This document shows, in pieces, positions 60,395 through 64,000 of a DNA stretch of 64,000 nt (position 1 is its first letter; each line of letters starts with the position of its first letter). The notes under the pieces are model-generated. The model was not told the DNA's origin. It was given only the letters and a program-made list of their open reading frames with translations, and made no database searches. This DNA is from an uncultured Eubacteriales bacterium (GTDB lineage Bacteria; Bacillota; JAAYKD01): the NCBI GenBank assembly GCA_964425745.1, contig CAYRNW010000004.1, forward strand, positions 67,833 through 131,832. The letters run 5' to 3'. The position numbers were made by a program, and so were the translations under genes.

Positions 60395-61582
60395 ATGGTA
60401 CAACGAACAGAATATTTAGATCAACTGAAAAAATTGGTGAATCATAAACTCATCAAAGTCATAACAGGCGTTCGACGTTGTGGAAAATCGACTCTGTTGG
60501 AACAATTCCGTCAACATTTACTGGAAACAGGAGTTAAGCCGGAGCAAATCATCTCTATTAACTTTGAAGATCTTGCTTTTGAATCCTTAATGGACTATCG
60601 AGCCTTATATGACTATGTGAAGCAAAGTCTAAATGAGGATACGATGACCTATATTTTCTTGGATGAGATTCAAAATGTAAATCAATATCAAAAAGCTGTA
60701 GACAGCTTATTCATACAAAAGAATGTGGACCTGTATATAACGGGCTCTAATGCCCATCTGTTATCTGGAGATTTAGCAACGCTTTTATCAGGAAGATATG
60801 TGGAAATCAGCATGCTTCCTCTCTCTTTTTCTGAATTTGTGCAAGAATTCCAAGGAGAGGAGAAACAAGTATGGAATCAATATCTCCGTTTTGGTGGGTT
60901 TCCATATTTGACGGCCTTAGATGATGAGACAACGAAAAGAGAATACTTGTCTGGGATTTACCATACCGTTTTATTAAAAGATGTTGCGACTCGCAATCGC
61001 ATCAGTGACATCAATTTATTGGAAAGTATTCTTCGGTTTCTTGCTGACAATATTGGAAGCATCGTATCTAGCAAAAAAATCGCCGATAGTTTAGTATCAT
61101 ACGGTAGAAAAGTCACTTCCATTACAGTTGAGAACTACCTCCGAGGTTTGGGGGATGCTTATGTCATCTACAAGGTTGGTAGGTATGACATTAAAGGGAA
61201 GCAGCACCTAAAATCTTTAGAAAAGTATTATTTAGTTGACACCGGGTTGCGGCAAGTATTGTTGGGTGAACGGTCTTCTGACATTGGTCATGTGCTAGAA
61301 AATATCGTCTATTTAGAACTGATCCGAAGAGGTTACCGGGTCAGTATTGGCAAAGCGGGAGAATACGAAATCGATTTTGTAGCCGAACGCGGAAGTGAAA
61401 GAATTTACTATCAAGTTGCAGCTACGGTTTTAGATCCGAATACCTTTCAACGTGAACTTCGCCCGCTCACATTGGTAGACGATTATTATCCTAGGTATAT
61501 TTTAACTTTAGATGAAGTTCCCTTGGGCGAAAGTGGGATCAATCAGGTTAACATCCTCGATTTTCTTATGCAGAGAGTATGA
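60395..61582 (+). CDS. AAA-family ATPase with DUF4143
   Basis: Walker A 'GVRRCGKST'. 395 aa. Confidence 0.7.
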   Translation: MVQRTEYLDQLKKLVNHKLIKVITGVRRCGKSTLLEQFRQHLLETGVKPEQIISINFEDLAFESLMDYRALYDYVKQSLNEDTMTYIFLDEIQNVNQYQKAVDSLFIQKNVDLYITGSNAHLLSGDLATLLSGRYVEISMLPLSFSEFVQEFQGEEKQVWNQYLRFGGFPYLTALDDETTKREYLSGIYHTVLLKDVATRNRISDINLLESILRFLADNIGSIVSSKKIADSLVSYGRKVTSITVENYLRGLGDAYVIYKVGRYDIKGKQHLKSLEKYYLVDTGLRQVLLGERSSDIGHVLENIVYLELIRRGYRVSIGKAGEYEIDFVAERGSERIYYQVAATVLDPNTFQRELRPLTLVDDYYPRYILTLDEVPLGESGINQVNILDFLMQRV

Positions 61583-61642
61583 GGAACGCTTAAGAAAACA
61601 GCGGAAGCATTACGTTGCTTCCGCTGTTTTTGTAAGAGATGT

Positions 61643-62173
61643 CTATCGATCCAGTATAAGCCTTCTCAATTCTTCTACCGTTTCAACAACATGAGTCGCA
61701 CCGGCTTTTTCCAGTTCCTCGCGACTTCCAAAGCCGAAAAGCACCCCAATGGAATCCATATGGTTTGCCTGGGCTCCAAGAATGTCGTGTTCACGGTCAC
61801 CGATCATAATGCAGTCGTCGGCGAAGAGTTCCATCTGTTTTAAGATGTGGGCGATGATCTCGCCTTTGTTGCGGCGGGAGTTATCGAGGTTGCTGCCGCA
61901 AATGAAAGTGAAATACTGGTGCAGCCGAAAATGCTCCAGGATTCTTATGGCATAGGGTTCTGGTTTTGAAGTTGCCAGAACTATTTTGTAACCCCGGCTT
62001 GTGAGTTCAGGCAAGAGAGTGTCGATACCCAAATAGAGCTCGTTTTCAAAAATACCGGTTTGGGTGAAATACTCGCGATAATGCTCTATGGCCTGTTGAG
62101 CTTGAGATTCACTGAAACCATAGAGGGTACGGAAGCTGTCGAGATCGAAAAGAAGATATTGGTATTTCATCAT
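61643..62173 (-). CDS. HAD-superfamily hydrolase (phosphatase-like)
   Basis: Motif I 'LLFDLD', motif II 'LATSK', motif IV 'GDREHD'. Confidence 0.7.
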   Translation of the reverse strand: MMKYQYLLFDLDSFRTLYGFSESQAQQAIEHYREYFTQTGIFENELYLGIDTLLPELTSRGYKIVLATSKPEPYAIRILEHFRLHQYFTFICGSNLDNSRRNKGEIIAHILKQMELFADDCIMIGDREHDILGAQANHMDSIGVLFGFGSREELEKAGATHVVETVEELRRLILDR

Positions 62174-62527
62174 TTACTCACTCCATATTTTTCTCGGTAT
62201 GTCCGTAGCGACGGGAGTTTATCATGCCCGAGGATGATTCCGTTTTCTATGGCTGCGATGATATCGTCAATGGTCACAATGGAATGCACAAGGATGCCAA
62301 AGTCGCGTTCTACTTCTTGTATAGCGGAGTTTTCGGTGAGTCCTTTTTCCAGGCGATCGACCGAAACCAGCATATCGGTCACTTTGACTTTTGCAATACG
62401 CGCAATTTTAGCCATGGCTTCGCGCAACACTTTTCCTGAGGTAATCGCGTCTTCAACGATGAGCAAACGATCGCCGTCTTTGAAGTTATAACCGACGATT
62501 ACGCCACCCTCTCCGTGGTCTTTGACT
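62170..62527 (-). pseudogene. orotate/purine phosphoribosyltransferase-like C-terminal fragment (N-terminal half absent)
   Basis: Frame reads 'KDHGEGGVIVGYNFKDGDRLLIVEDAITSGKVL' (PRPP-binding loop). A TGA lies immediately upstream in frame. The nearby strong RBS and ATG sit in another frame and give only 18 codons. Confidence 0.4.
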
Positions 62528-62633
62528 TCTTTTGTAATTCATAGATCCACCTCCGCAATCTAAGAATACCACGCTATGAAAAAAATGCAATCACTGCTTT
62601 GGAGATATTTATACAAATATTGGTTGAGTTTAT

Positions 62634-62643
62634 GGGGGGGGGG
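62634..62643. repeat. G10 homopolymeric tract about 90 bp upstream of abiEi
   Basis: 'tatggggggggggttagac'. Seen directly in the sequence. Confidence 0.9.
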
Positions 62644-62733
62644 TTAGACTACGATTTAGAAGTTGTAGAGGAAGTAGTTGCTATTTCGTTACAAATAGTA
62701 TATATTATTTATAACGAAAGGGAGTGAAGGATT

Positions 62734-63372
62734 ATGCGACCAAATTACCTGCAACTGATAAAGGAAAGAATCGATTCCGCCGCGCCTAGCTCAGTATTTG
62801 TTCCATCCGATTTTTTTGATATCACTAGGGCTTCCGGTGTCAATATGTGCCTAAAACGATTACTTGAAACGGGTGATCTTTATCGCTTATCAAGAGGGAT
62901 TTTTGTGAAACCTAGATACAGTACGGTTCTAGAATCAATAATACCTCCTAGAGCAAATGATATAGCTCAAGCCATCGCTCGAAACTATGGTTGGACAGTC
63001 ATTCCCTTTGGTGATACTGCTTTAAATACTCTTGGGTTATCTACGCAAGTTCCTGCAGTTTGGAATTATGTTAGCGATGGCCCGTATAAGGTATATGCAA
63101 TTGACGGAAGGATCATTAAATTTAGACATACAGACCTGAAAAACGAATTAATCGGATTGTCATATAAGTTAGCTTTGGTGATACAAGCAATAAAGGCAAT
63201 AGGTAAAGATAAAATAACCCAGCATGAGGTTCGTCTTCTATCCATGAGATTAAGTCCAGAAGAAAAGAAAACCTTACTACTCGAAAGCCAACGAGTCACT
63301 GCCTGGGTTTACGAAGTAATCAAGAAAATCTGCTTGGAGGATGAAAATGAGACAACTTGCAATTTGGGATAG
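62734..63372 (+). CDS. AbiEi-family antitoxin / wHTH transcriptional regulator (type IV TA)
   Basis: 'GDLYRLSRGIFVKP' motif. Overlaps the downstream nucleotidyltransferase gene. Confidence 0.55.
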   Translation: MRPNYLQLIKERIDSAAPSSVFVPSDFFDITRASGVNMCLKRLLETGDLYRLSRGIFVKPRYSTVLESIIPPRANDIAQAIARNYGWTVIPFGDTALNTLGLSTQVPAVWNYVSDGPYKVYAIDGRIIKFRHTDLKNELIGLSYKLALVIQAIKAIGKDKITQHEVRLLSMRLSPEEKKTLLLESQRVTAWVYEVIKKICLEDENETTCNLG

Positions 63373-64000
63373 TCAAAATCGAGAAGAATTCTTCCTTTTG
63401 ACTTCTAAGGATATTGGCCTGCCTGAAGCATTAGTCGAAAAAGACTTTTGGGTTTGTTATACACTAGACCACTTGTTCCATTTTAGCCCTTGGCAGAAGC
63501 AGTTCGCCTTCAAGGGCGGAACCAGTTTATTCAAATGTTTCGGCCTCATTAGCCGTTTTTCTGAAGACATAGATTTAATTCTTGATTGGCGCGTACTCGG
63601 CTTCACAGCAGATGATTTATGGAAGAAACGGAGTAGAACCAAACAAGATCTGTTTAATAAGGAAGTGAATGCTGCAACTGCTGTTTTCCTTCGTGAGACC
63701 TTTCTTCCTCAATTGCAAATCGAGTTTAGTAGCCTACTGAAAGAGGATTTTTCACTCTGGATAGACGGTGCTGACCCTCAAACCGTCCATTTTGCTTATC
63801 CGCGAGTATTTACGAATGAAGTTATCATCAGTGAAATTCGCCTTGAAATCGGTGCTTTAGCTGCCTGGACGCCAACACAAGCGGCTAATGTAACTTCTTT
63901 TGTGGCACAAAGGTATCCAAATATCTTCGAAAAGCCTTCCACAATGATTCTGACTACCTCTCCCGAGCGAACTTTTTGGGAAAAGGTTACTATTTTGCAC
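63342..64000 (+). CDS. AbiEii/AbiGii-family nucleotidyltransferase toxin (DUF1814), 3'-partial
   Basis: 'FKGGTSLFKCFGLISRFSEDIDL' motif. The ORF runs off the window end. It is absent from the ORF track because there is no stop. Confidence 0.65.

Noticed and set aside
62467-62543. 18-codon ORF MNYKRSQRPRRGWRNRRL with a strong RBS
   Set aside because: It is out of frame with the PRTase fragment and highly basic and low-complexity. It is interpreted as a by-product of the truncation or frameshift, not a gene.
1-64000. CRISPR arrays, rRNA and intact prophage or integron signatures
   Set aside because: No regularly spaced short repeats, no rRNA-like conserved stretches and no integrase genes were seen. 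The only mobile-element signature is the truncated IS21.

Overview
This is a Firmicutes-like chromosomal window with dense coding on both strands and no rRNA or CRISPR. The left part is core genome: Lon-like protease C-terminus, dnaB, an FAD oxidoreductase, tRNA-Lys and tRNA-Val, a standalone trpB behind a Trp T-box leader, sbcCD, an M32 carboxypeptidase, an M20 amidohydrolase and a HutD-like protein. Coordinates ~13.9-28.8 kb carry one long minus-strand operon encoding a Gram-positive-type Pel exopolysaccharide locus (EAL/CdgF-like, PelD with an N-terminal epimerase, PelE, PelA-like, PelF, PelG). It runs without a break into a CotH-CotH-VTC-DUF4956 cassette. The most unusual region, ~39.3-60.2 kb on the minus strand, is a mosaic repeated locus. 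It holds three large FtsX-type ABC permeases, two near-identical MacB/LolD-type ATPases, a four-member family of uncharacterised 'LSGC' lipoproteins and two thioredoxin-like CxxC lipoproteins. It also has a thioredoxin-CcdA/DsbD fusion, a rhodanese, and two paralogous Sec-signal small proteins with 8 conserved Cys each. A truncated IS21 (istA fragment plus istB) and gene-conversion tracts interrupt it. The whole island is bracketed by two DUF4143 AAA ATPase genes. The right end has a HAD hydrolase, a truncated PRTase fragment, a G10 homopolymer and an AbiEi/AbiEii type IV toxin-antitoxin pair that runs off the window.
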